NCBI GenBank assembly: GCA_001179505.1
Contig: CDMY01000336.1
Coordinates: 62,001-126,000, forward strand
Reading direction: 5' to 3'
Length of the DNA stretch: 64,000 nt
Origin: Vitrella brassicaformis CCMP3155
Taxonomy: Eukaryota > Protista > Chromerida
A program made the position numbers and the translations under genes. A model generated the notes under the pieces. The model was given only the letters and a program-made list of their open reading frames with translations. It searched no databases and was not told where the DNA came from. Shown in pieces: positions 49,949 through 61,981 of this stretch (position 1 is its first letter; every line of letters starts with the position of its first letter).

Positions 49949-52900
49949 ATGTGGCATCTGCGGCTGTTGTGCCTCATCGCGACGGCTTCAAGCATCAACC
50001 AGAGAGCACCCTGGGCCTTCAGGGGTCACCATCATGTGCTGATCTGCCAACACAGGCACCGCAGACTGAGAGCCCAGCATCCGCGAGTGTGGATGGGCGA
50101 CGTTAGCGGCGAAGGGGTGGGCAGAATGACCACCATGGAGGGACAGACCAGGCAAGGCGGCCCATCCCCCGTCCCGAAAGAATGGAAGACTCTCTCAGAT
50201 GGTGAGCAAGATCCCACAATCAGGCAGATCTTCCATGCAATTGCATTGCTGATGTTGGTGCATCTATATCATGCGCAGGTGTGTATCTGATGCATCCGAC
50301 GCGTGACGACCCCTTCGATGCGGCTCAGGATGATGCCGACGTCACCGGCGACGCGCCCTTGACAGATCAGGACATCGACATCGTTTTTATACACGGGTAA
50401 CGACACACAAGACAACACAGGCAGACAGGAGCATTGGGCGCAGACGAAAGCCATCTGTATTGTGATGTGTTGCATATCCCTTCATTTGTCAGGTTGCAGG
50501 GCAGCGCCGCCAAGACCTGGCGCCAGATCAGGCCGTCGCAGATGAGTGACGATGATGCGGCCTTGACGGACCCATCCGCCCCGCTCTCCCCCACATCCAC
50601 GGGCCGCAACGGTCGACCGCGGCGGCGCCGCCCCCCTCCCCCAGCCATTTATGTCACTTTGGAAGACCTGCAGAGGGAGGCGGAGATGCATGACGACGAC
50701 GGCGATTTGAAACAGGATGTTGGTGAAGCGGCAGATCGAGATGCGATGCCGGCATCTGCCGCCGACACACCAGAGGATGACGTGGAGCTGCAGACAGATG
50801 ACGAGGATGCGGCTGAGAAGGCGAGGAGGGGACGAAGGCTTCGTTTCCCTCGCTTCAACATCCGGCTGTCCCCATCCTTTGCTCGCGCCCTCCTGCGGCT
50901 GCCCTCGGCTCTCACCAAGGACCAAACACGCCAGAAGACAGCGAGAAGGGCCAATCGCAACCCGTCCTCTAGCCCCCTGCTGCTTGATGACGTTCAAGAC
51001 ACCACGGCGTCATCGAGCGGCGATGAGAGCCGCGCTCTGGCCGTGACTGAGGAGATGAGGGCCATGATCTCCTCACTGGAGCAGGGGATGCAAGAATCAG
51101 ATGAGGAGGACGCCGAGACTGATGGACGCCCCTATGTGCCCCTCTCCGGCAACTTTCTCGATGATCCCTTCGTGCCAGAGGACAACAGCACCCTGGAGCT
51201 CGGCAGCAGGGCCCAGCCAACGGAGAGCGAAGCATCGTCATCCCCTCCCAAGCCCCGTCCACCTCCCGGCCCTCCGTTGAAGCGTTTCTGGTCTGCCGTG
51301 ACGGACGCCTTGCGTCAGCGACAGCGCGCTGGAATGAGTCCGTCTCGTCGAAAGGCACTGGTGCGGGAGGCGTTGAAGAAGGGCATAGAGGAGGAGGAGA
51401 TGCGGGCACAGCAGAGGGACGTGACCGTCAGGAAGGACCCAAAGTCACAGTAAGTCAGGGGAGGGGCTAGAGAGAAGTCGGGGCTGGTGGATGACGGTGA
51501 GAGAGGAGCGAGGCGTTGCGTTCGTCGTTTTTGGATGTGTATGTTGCAGGACGTTTGTACACTGGCCCGCCCGCTTTATCCCTGAGGACTTCCCCGGAGC
51601 AAGGATCATCGCTGTCGATTACGACGTATGTGACGCACACGTGACCTGATTCCTATCTGTCATTGTGCCATTCCTTCCGCGCGGTCAGGCTCCGATGTTC
51701 CGTGACCGGAGGCCCCGCAGGCAGCTCCCCAACCCGCGGCAGAGCCAACCAGCCAACGTGACGGCTGCAGAGAACAGCAGTGCCCAAGACACGTCGACGC
51801 CCTCCCCGCCGACCGCGGCCCCTCTCACGACACTCACGGCATCCCCTCCCTGGGCCGTTCACCAGGGGAGCCAGCGGTCCGCGAGGGCAAAGGGCCTGGC
51901 CCACATACGCCCCCCTTCTCCCCCGCTCTCGTTCAGACCCCCTCCGCCCCAGAAAACGCCTGTGCTCGACCTCAGGGGACCGGCGATGCGCTTCGGGGGC
52001 TGGCGAAACCCACTCAGGGATCGCACCAATGCCACCCAAGACGCCCAGCCGGTGAAGGAGAGGCGGGGCCACCGGCGGCAGTCAGCCGAGGCGGATCGAC
52101 TTACTTTGAATCAGCTGTCGGACGATCTTCTGGCCCGGCTGCAGGCGGCTGGTGTGGGCAGGAATGGGAGGGGTGTGGTGCTGGTTGGTCACTCATTGGG
52201 AGGGCTGCTTGCAAAGAGCCTTGTGGTCAAGGACAAGGTCAGCACGGTCACAAACGAAGAAATACCATTCGTCTGAATCATCCGCTCGCTTCCTTTGTTG
52301 TGGCGCATCAGGGTCTTCGTGAGAGCGTGCGTGGCGTTCTCTTCTACGGCGTGCCGCACTTGGGTGCGCCAATCGCGAGCATGCCCCGAGTGTTCCGGCC
52401 CATGTTCTCGCAGATAGTGCAGCAGCTGCGGCCCAACCGTGAGCTGCTCTTCCTCAACAACGCATTCAGAGACATCGCACTACAACAAGGTGTGCATGTG
52501 GGTGGGAAGGTGGTCTCACGACTGATACGCCACGCCCCTCTGCATACGATACGTATGCGTGTGTGTGTGTGACCGTAGGGATCGAGACGATATCGGTGGC
52601 TGAGTCGCGGCCCACCCGTCTGCCTTTCAACCAGCTGGATTTTGTGGTCCCGGTAAACTATGCCTATCCGCGGGTGGGCGAGCTGTGTGTGGTGGGCGAG
52701 GCCGACCACATCGAGGTCTGCAAGGCCGCCGCCAAAGACGGAGACGCCAGATACGAGACGCTCAGAGACCTAATCACACGGGTAAGAGATCTCCGTGTGG
52801 GTGCCCACACGCCAGGCAACTCATGTTTGCGGATGGCTGTCTGTAACTTCAGGCGTTGGAGCCGCAGGAGTCATCCAGAGATCGGCTGCTCCTCCCACTG

Positions 52901-53158
52901 GTGTTCACCTCACGAGCAGACCGGAGTACAAACAATAGGCCAACCGCCGCGCAACCACTGGAGGCGACGGACACCACATCATCGAGTGTGTCAGGAGAGA
53001 GCAGCGAAGATAGCGAGAGGGAAGCGGGTCGGCTGGAGGCGTTGCGCAGGCGTCTGTTCCGGATGCGGCGTGGCGATGGCGATGGCGATGAGGGAGAGGA
53101 TGAAGACAGCGGTGCGCGGGACGACCGGCCTGCATCGAGGCCGCTGGTTCTGCGGTGA
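49949..53158 (+). CDS. SERAC1/PGAP1-like alpha/beta-hydrolase with hydrophobic leader and long insertions
   Basis: DIVFIHGLQGSAAKTWR; HWPARFIPEDFPGARIIAVDYD; VLVGHSLGGLLAK (GxSxG); LFYGVPHLGA; ADHIEVCK. Confidence 0.85.
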
Positions 53159-54167
53159 CTGGTGGATGAGGCATGAGTGCAGAGGTCTGTCTAGAGAGGG
53201 TGCCGTCTGTTCGGTTGTGTCAATATGCATAGCCTGCCTAGGTAGGTAGCTCAAGTAGAACTATGAGTGAGGCGCGAGGGTCAGCCTGCCAGCCAGCCAT
53301 CTATCCATGCAGCTGTGTCAGCTAGTGCATGTGTGTGTACGGTAGGGTATGGTGTGGTGTGGCGTGGCGTGGCGCTGCATATGTAATCTAATCTGGCGGC
53401 ACGTGTATGCGCTTGAATGAATGTGTATATCCCGAAGGGATGAGATGAGGAGCGCGTCAGTCTTTTGCAACGGCTGACATGTCAGTGAGAGGTGGATAAA
53501 GAAAGGGCGAGGGCCGTGTGTGTTTGGTGTGATGGATTGATGCGATGCATGTCATGATACACACTGTGTGTGGTGTTGTGCTACTCTCTGCAGAGAGAGA
53601 GATCGGGTGAGCTGTACAGATGGACAGACAGACAGATGACGACTGCCTGGCGTGGCGTGGGGTTCGGCTGACTGACATGATTCACTGATTGATTGACTGA
53701 TGCGTTTGGACCCCTCATGGTACTCCATTGACTGAGTGAAAGCAATGGCCTGTTTGCAATCACAAGAGGCAACGAACTGATAGCATGAGAGCTTCGTACA
53801 CCCCGGGGTGGGCGGAATCGCCACACGGAGCGCCGCACGGAGGGGAAGCCTTCTCCTTATCGAACAGCCCCTTCAAAAGCACTCCTCACTCATCGCGTTG
53901 GGGCCTCGCAACAAGCACGAGCTTTGATTCGATCGCCGCTTGTGAGAAGAGGGAAAGAGCGAGGAAAGCGCTCACCGAGACCGGCTTGGAGCCATGGAGG
54001 CAGATCCAGCCCGCCCTGTCCGGTGAACCATCCCCTTGCCTCTTCTTCGGCCTCTGGCAGCTATTTTCTTCTGCTGGACGTCAGGGGCTCTCTACAAGCG
54101 GCATCCATCAGGTTGCTGCTTGGATCCAACCAGCATCAATCTCATCGCCTGAGCAGGAGCCAGAAGG

Positions 54168-57100
54168 ATGAGCCTCTCGTATCGTATCGGGCCTTCCCTC
54201 CCTCCCTCCCACCAGCGGAGTGGTGACGGTTCCCAGCTGGCTACGTCGTCCCCCATCTCTGCAGGCGGCAGTATGTCCATCGACTCATCGCAGGCCAGCC
54301 TGGCCATGGCCGCTGCTGCTGCCACCATGCCCGGCTACCCCATGCCCACACACCCACACTCACCGCCACACTCCCGGCTCCCCGTGGCCACCCCGGGCGG
54401 GCAGACGCCTCTGACGCACGACAACAGCATGACGGCTCAGAAGCGGCAGGGTGTGGGTGTCAACACGCCGCCGGGTCGTGTGCTGCTGATTCGCAACTTG
54501 CCGCGGGACGTCAGCGAGTTGGAGATCAAGGAGGCCTTCTCGCCATTCACCATGGGGCGGGCACTCAGGATGTCCCTCAACCTGAGTGCTGGACAGGCGC
54601 TCGTAGAGTTCCCGGTATGTGGGAGGAGGGTGGAGGGAGGAGGGTGGAGGGAGGAGGGTGGAGGGAGGAAGGAACAGTCTCCATGAACCCACCCACCATA
54701 CACAAGATGTCTGTCATGTGCCATGTGATCAGGACGGGCCGGCTGCGTCGGCTGCGCTGGCTCAGGTGCGTCAGGGCGGTGTGGTGATCCGCGGGTGCAC
54801 CATCCAGGGCGGCTACCGGACGCCCAAGCCTGTGGAGACCAACCAGGAGCGCAGCGCCGATTGCCGCATCCTGCTCGTCACCGTCACCAACTTGCAGTAC
54901 GCCGTCGAGATCGACGCATTAGAGCGCATCTTCTCCAGATACGGATTCGTCGACAAGGTCAGTGGACACACACACCATCACAACAAAGCAGCTTGCCTTC
55001 ATTCGTGTCTGTGGTTTCTTATGTGTTGCAGATAGTGTTGTTTCAGAAGGTGCAGGGGACGATGCGTGCGTGGATTCAGTTCCAGAGCAGCATTGACGCC
55101 GCCCAGGCCCTCGCACAAGTCAACGGACGCAACATGTACGACGGATGCAACACCCTGCAGGTAGGTACACACACACGACAGGGAGGCAACGACCACACAA
55201 GATCCACTGGGTAGGTGCAATCAAGGTTGGTGCCTTTTCTGCTGTCTCTCCCACTGGCTGCAGGTTCAGCTCTCTGACATGACGGAGCTCTGGGTGAAGG
55301 ACAAGCGCAACAAGGGCCGCGACTCCACCGCACACGCCGTGCCCATTGCTGGTGACCCGCCACGCACACACACCCAGTGCTGATGTCGATGTCACATGTG
55401 ATCTGGTGTGTGGATCAGGTGTGGCTGGCTATCCCACAGCTCCTGGCGGCGTGCACCTGATGCCCCCAGGCGACTCCACCTATGCGCCACCACCACCAAT
55501 GGTACGTAACGACACAACACACGAGACGAAAAGGCAATGTGGGCTCATCTCTCTCTGTCCTTTTTGTTGGGTCACCAGGGCATGCCCCCGCAGGACATGA
55601 GTGCCAAGAAGCGTAGAAGCGTAGACATCAGCCATGCTGGTGGTGATGGTGGTGGTGGTGGACACAGTGGAGGTACGCAAAGCATCAGCTGCTGTTGGTG
55701 GACTGCACATCGTCATGACTGTCCTGTGCTGTGTGGTGCCTTCAGGTGGCTCGATTGGTGTGGGTGGTGCTGCGGCAGAGTCACAGCAGCAGCATGAGGG
55801 GGGCGGCAGCTCACTGTCGGCAGGTCTGACGGCCTCCATGCAGCACCCCCAGCAGCAGCAGCACCCCGTGTGGTTCGTCTGCGCGCACCGCGGCAGCGAT
55901 TTTCTGCTGCGGGATGTGCTGCGTCTGAGGAAGACGTGCACCTGGGCGAGAGGCCTCTTCGGAGCGCCTCAGCTGCGGCAGCTGCTCAGCCAATGGACAA
56001 CAGCCAATGAACTCAGCACACAGGCGGGGCTGCGACGGACGGCCAACGGACAGCAGCTGGTGACATTCGACCAGCAGCAGATGGGTGGTGACCTGTTGGC
56101 GGCGCTGTGTGTGACGGAGGAGGGCGGCTGGAGTGAGATGAGCGAGGCGATCGAGCTGGCGGGGCAGTGCGGCAACTGCCAGCTGCCTGTGAGCATCACT
56201 GCCGCCGATCTGCACCAACACCCAAACAAGACGGTAGGCCAACCGACCGAGGGAGGGAGGGAGGGACCATGGCTCTCAATCGGTGTGTGGTGTGTTGATG
56301 TGTTGTGTGTGCAGGCGTATTTGGCCGATCCCCGTGTGTTGGCTCAGGTCAAGATGGTCGGCCGCCACATCGACTTCGGCGACGGCGTGACCTTCCAGCT
56401 CTTCCACCACGGCAACACAGTGCGGGCCATCAAGGATGAGGGCGACTTCGAGATCGACATCGACACTTCCCTCCCTCCCAACCACCCCTACCAGCAGCAC
56501 CGACAGCCGCACGACCCGCCAGTCCGCAGCAGAATCACATATTCCCACCAGGGCTGGCAGCCGCCGCTGTTTCATGTCGACTCCGCATCTGTGTCGTCGT
56601 GTGTCAAGAAGATCGTCCTCAACCACTTCAGGGGGACTCACCAGATCAACAGCACTTGCCGTAATATCGACAGGTGAGGCGGGGCATCACTGTGTCAGGG
56701 CACTGCCACGACACACGAGATGTATGTGTGTCTTCATTGGTCAGGCATATCGACAACGGCCGGCTGGACACCCTCATGACACAGTCCCCCCACACACCAG
56801 TGGAGAGATGCACCACCACCACATCGGAGTGGTCAGCTATCGNNNNNNNNNNNNNNNNNNNNNNNNNNNNNNNNNNNNNNNNNNNNNNNNNNNNNNNNNN
56901 NNNNNNNNNNNNNNNNNNNNNNNNNNNNNNNNNNNNNNNNNNNNNNNNNNNNNNNNNNNNNNNNNNNNNNNNNNNNNNNNNNNNNNNNNNNNNNNNNNNN
57001 NNNNNNNNNNNNNNNNNNNNNNNNNNNNNNNNNNNNNNNNNNNNNNNNNNNNNNNNNNNNNNNNNNNNNNNNNNNNNNNNNNNNNNNNNNNNNNNNNNNN

Positions 57101-58333
57101 NNNNNNNNNNNNNNNNNNNNNNNNNNNNNNNNNNNNNNNNNNCCTCTTCGGAGCGCCTCAGCTGCGGCAGCTGCTCAGCCAATGGACAACAGCCAATGAA
57201 CTCAGCACACAGGCGGGGCTGCGACGGACGGCCAACGGACAGCAGCTGGTGACATTCGACCAGCAGCAGATGGGTGGTGACCTGTTGGCGGCGCTGTGTG
57301 TGACGGAGGAGGGCGGCTGGAGTGAGATGAGCGAGGCGATCGAGCTGGCGGGGCAGTGCGGCAACTGCCAGCTGCCTGTGAGCATCACTGCCGCCGATCT
57401 GCACCAACACCCAAACAAGACGGTAGGCCAACCGACCGAGGGAGGGAGGGAGGGACCATGGCTCTCAATCGGTGTGTGGTGTGTTGATGTGTTGTGTGTG
57501 CAGGCGTATTTGGCCGATCCCCGTGTGTTGGCTCAGGTCAAGATGGTCGGCCGCCACATCGACTTCGGCGACGGCGTGACCTTCCAGCTCTTCCACCACG
57601 GCAACACAGTGCGGGCCATCAAGGATGAGGGCGACTTCGAGATCGACATCGACACTTCCCTCCCTCCCAACCACCCCTACCAGCAGCACCGACAGCCGCA
57701 CGACCCGCCAGTCCGCAGCAGAATCACATATTCCCACCAGGGCTGGCAGCCGCCGCTGTTTCATGTCGACTCCGCATCTGTGTCGTCGTGTGTCAAGAAG
57801 ATCGTCCTCAACCACTTCAGGGGGACTCACCAGATCAACAGCACTTGCCGTAATATCGACAGGTGAGGCGGGGCATCACTGTGTCAGGGCACTGCCACGA
57901 CACACGAGATGTATGTGTGTCTTCATTGGTCAGGCATATCGACAACGGCCGGCTGGACACCCTCATGACACAGTCCCCCCACACACCAGTGGAGAGATGC
58001 ACCACCACCACATCGGAGTGGTCAGCTATCGGCTTCACTTACCGTCGTCTCGTGTTGACCAACACTGGCCACCCGTTCGTCGCGTGGATCAACGTCAACG
58101 AGCACACCAACACCGGTCAGCCCAGCCCGGCACAGCAAGGGAGGAGGGAATGCGGTGCCACTCTCATCTCTGTGCTCTCCCGTCATCTGTTTGCAGTGGG
58201 TGTGGAGGTCTGCACCACCGAGTCGGCTGTGTGTGGTGTGGGTGTCCCCTTCAAGGATCGCTTCCCGCAGACCACTCGGCTGGCGAGTGCGGTGCTGGGG
58301 CCCGTCATCTCACAGAGGATCATCGACCAATAG
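54168..58333 (+). CDS. PTB/hnRNP-L-like gene (RRM1-RRM2) fused in frame to cassette copy 3
   Basis: RRM1 RVLLIRNLPRDVSELEI..GQALVEF. RRM2 RILLVTVTNLQYAVEIDALERIFSRYGFVDKIVLFQK..RAWIQF..NGRNMYDGCNTLQVQLS. A phase-0 junction PPPPM|GMPPQDMSAKKRRSVDIS leads into the cassette. The span includes the gap and the probable artefactual duplication. Confidence 0.75.
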
Positions 58334-58815
58334 ACAGCTGAGGTATGTCTGCATCAAACACGACTGAGACGAGCAGCAGATGCGCTCACGACTTACGCAA
58401 TGGTGTCTGTGTCTTTCCATGTGTGTGTCAGGGTGGGCGACGGTGTTGGCCTTGGAGCGATCCGCCCGACATACTCTCTCTGGACGGATGTGTGGGCGGT
58501 AGATAGATAGAGGGGGGCGGGTGGGGACTTCCTCTCGTGGCGTGTGCTGTCTGCTGTGGTACTAGCTGATGGATGGATGGATGGATGGTCTGCCTCTCCC
58601 TAATGTCCGCGTGTTTGTTCACACCAGTGTGTCTCTTCGGCTGGCTCGCTCGTCCCTTTCTGTCTGTCTGTCTGTCTGTCTACTCCGCCCCTCCCCTCCC
58701 ATTGCCCCCACTCATGTGCATTGGCCGACCAGACCGGTGAGGTGTGGGTGGGTCGGAGAGAGTGGACAGACAGCAGCAGAGGGGAGATGGGCAAATACAG
58801 CAAGGCACACACACG
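55600..58815 (+). repeat. Multicopy cassette, copy 3 (889 bp appear twice, either side of a gap)
   Basis: 55954-56842 matches 57143-58031 (offset 1189). 3' flank shared with copies 1 and 2. Confidence 0.9.
56843..57142. other. Assembly gap (300 N)
   Basis: Run of n counted directly. Confidence 0.99.
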
Positions 58816-59383
58816 GTGGCCTGATTGAAGTGCGAGGGCAGTAGGTGCCGATGCGGTCGGCGAGCGCAAACAGACAGACAACAGACAGACAGACAGACAG
58901 ATGGAATGATGAACGTATCTAGCTGCATTGAGTGAGAGAAACTGTGTGCATATCGGCTGGGGGATGTGTGTGTTCGTATGGCTGAATGCCTGGCTGTTGC
59001 AACGAGTGAATAGCCTTAGCTAAGCTGACCGCATCCATCCGAAGCGCACCACACACACGGTGTCTGTACACATTATCTGTCTGTCTGTCTCTCGACGCCG
59101 CTCGGTGGCCGGCGGACAGGGAGCAGCACAACGTCAATCCATTGGCAGGCACGGTCTATGCACCCACACACACATCACATACAAAAGGGAACACCCGCCA
59201 CACACACATCTGTCTGTCTGTCTGTCTGCCCCTCTCTCTGCCAGCTGCTAATTGACTGCACAAAACACAAACACCGAACAGCTGGCATGAAGACAGACGG
59301 GGAGGCAGGCAGGCAGGCAGGCCAGAGTGCACGCCAGCCACTAGCTAAGCTAACTAACGATCTACAAACAGGCAGCGAGAGCG

Positions 59384-60720
59384 TCAGAGCTTCTCAAAGA
59401 TCGACCCAACACGCCCGCGAAGGGGTCCTCCCACGTGCGGCGGTTGTTTTTTCTCCTCTGCAACCCCACCCGTCTTGCCGCTCCCTGCCACTGCCTGGTG
59501 CTCTTTGTGCGCCTCCTCCGTGATGTACTCCTGCCCGTCGCTGGTCTTGCGCGTGGTCTCGGTCTTGGCCGTGCCATCCGGCTCGGTCCACTTCTCTGTC
59601 ACGATGGTCTCCTGCTTGCCGTTGACATTGCGGTGCGCCACGCTCTTGCTGTCTCCGGAAGACGACCCTCCGGAAAACGAAGAGAAGGGCGAGAACGTCG
59701 AGAACGACGACGAGAACGGCGGAGAACGGGGAGAACGAGGGAGCGGGGTGGTAACACGGAGGGAACGGGGAGAACGGCGAGAACGAGGACCTCCTCGAGC
59801 TGGAGAGCGACCTGCCCCCTCCCCCGCCACCGAATGCCGCAAATGGGTCATCGGACCCTTTGAACATGTCCTCAAATCCCTTGAAGCAGTCTTTGAACAT
59901 CTCGTCGAACATCTCGTCGGCCTGGGCGGAGCTGAAGTGGTGCGCAGCGCCGAAGTCAAAGCCGCCAGCACCGCCAGCGAGGGAGGCGTCGTACTGATTC
60001 CGCTTGGCGGGGTTGCTGAGGGTCTCGTATGCCTCGGCAATGCGGATGAGCCGCTCCGCGGCCTCCTTCTTGTCACCTGCAGCCACACAGGCAGCCACCG
60101 GTGACGCAATGGGCGGCAAGGTATCTCCTCGCTAGGTGCGTACTGACCTTGGTACTTGTCAGGGTGATACGCTTTCTTGATCTCCCTGACGCCCAGCACG
60201 TCATAGTAGATCTCCTTCTCCTCGCCCGCCAGCGCCTGCAGACACACACATCACACACAAAGAGATCGGGTCTCTCTCATTCATCGGCTGGCTAAAGGTG
60301 GGAGATGCGCTGACCAGGAAGGCACAGACGCCCAGCAAGATGGAGCAGACGGAGATGCGATGCTGGAAACGACATTGAGCCACGATGACGTTGCCGTGGA
60401 TGGCAGCTCGGAGCTCCTTCTGTGCGACGCCGATCTCAAGGGTCAATCTGCACAAACCCACCTTGATCTCCTCGGGTTCTTTGGGCCGCTCTTTCTTGCG
60501 CTCGGCTTCCTCGACCTCCGCCAACACCTGCCTGGAGTGCACAAACATAAGACGCCGGTCGTCACGGTGCAACCAACCCACACACTCGCGCACCTTCTGC
60601 AGACGCTGCTCGTACAACTCCTTGGTGGTTGTCGCTGCAGGTATGCAAACCACAGTAATGCATCAGACACAAAGATCAGACATGACGTTTCTGGCGTTTT
60701 TCACCTCTGTTCTCAGCCAT
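59384..60720 (-). CDS. DnaJ/Hsp40 (DNAJB6/B9-like) with a shortened J-domain and an apparent frameshift; possibly degenerate
   Basis: YYDVLGVREIKKAYHPDKYQ|GDKKEAAERLIRIAEAYETLSNPAKRNQYD, a G/F-rich region, then SKSVAHRNVNGKQETIVTEK in a different frame. 5' exons uncertain. Confidence 0.75.
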
Positions 60721-60933
60721 CGTCAGATCTCTGCCGTCGCACTGCTAACCGACAATCCCTCTCAACCCCAAGCACTGCTTTCTCATCTCCATGCGATCGC
60801 CTGTGGAAAGCGCGCAAGTGTGGTTCCTCGCTGAGTTTCTGCAGGAGTCACGAATCTCATTGCATTCCTTTGCTTGCAGCGTACAGCGATAGTTCCGACC
60901 AGATCTGATGGCGCTTCCCTCCCAGCAGCTGTC

Positions 60934-61701
60934 ATGCTGATACGTGATTGGCTACGGCGGGCCGGCGCATCTCTCTCTCGGACTCATCAGCCTACGACCA
61001 TTCATTGCAACGATCAACCACCACCATCAGCGCGAGATGCCGCGGCCATCCCCCCTGCCGCCACTGATGCACGTGACAATGATACGTCAGCGGCCAAGGG
61101 CGGCTTCCCCCAGGTGGTCGACACCCTCGGCGACGCCATCACGACAGTCGACAGCACCGTCACCACAGCAGCAGACACTGCACAGCGTCTCTTCGGTGCT
61201 CTGTCCTTCCCGGCATTCATGGCGGGCACTATCGTCTTCGGCGTGGCGTCGGGCGTCAAGGCCTACCGTCGGCAGCTGAGGCGACTCGCCAGCCAGGAGA
61301 ATGGCCATGTGAGGGGACACATGGCGGCACGGTGGACGGGGAGGGGGGCGTCGGGTCAGCAGGGTGTGTCGGGTGAGGAGCTGCCGCGTGCCGGGGCACT
61401 GTTGACGCCCTGGGAGATGTTCAAGGTGTTTGCCTATCCTGCCTGCATCGTTGTGACGTGCACCACGCTCATGTGGTGGTCATTCCAGCGCGTCTGCGGA
61501 GTCAAAGACGTAAGCCTCGACGAATGAGAAGGCAGGCAGACAGGGAGGGTTTGCGGAGCGTTTGTGGTGGTGTGTGGTCTGCAGTTTGGTCACTTCATAG
61601 GTCTGGTCAAGTGGCTTAGAGGAATCGGCCCCAAGCCGCCCGACACAGACAGGGGCCAGAGAGAGGGAGAGGGAGGGGAGGAGAGTAGCTCTGCCAAGTG
61701 A
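60934..61701 (+). CDS. Small two-TM protein, TMEM242/Aim11-like architecture (2 exons)
   Basis: Hydrophobic segments FPAFMAGTIVFGVASGVKAY and FKVFAYPACIVVTCTTLMWWSFQRVCGVKD|FGHF. The family guess rests on topology and the terminal GV motif only. Confidence 0.45.
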
Positions 61702-61981
61702 CAGGAGGGGGGGAGGGGTCGTTCGTGAGTGACATGACAGTTGGTTTGCATGGCTGGCTCACATTTAGTGTCCTGACAATCGACAGTGCATGTGTGTATT
61801 TCAATGAGGGATTCGTTCAACAAGTCCAGTGACATTATGCCCTAGGCAGCCCGGCAGCCCGGCAGGCAGACAGGCAAGAGAAAAAATACCCGAACACAAC
61901 AAACCGCCCGAACAAGCGTACCCCAGCTGGTCGGGCACCCGTCACGTGCACCCACCACAGCACAGCGGCTCTCGAAAGCAC

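Noticed and set aside
55954-58031. Apparent perfect tandem duplication of 889 bp of cassette copy 3
   Set aside because: The two copies look identical and sit exactly either side of a 300-N gap, which is typical of unmerged contig overlap. Treated as one copy pending long reads.
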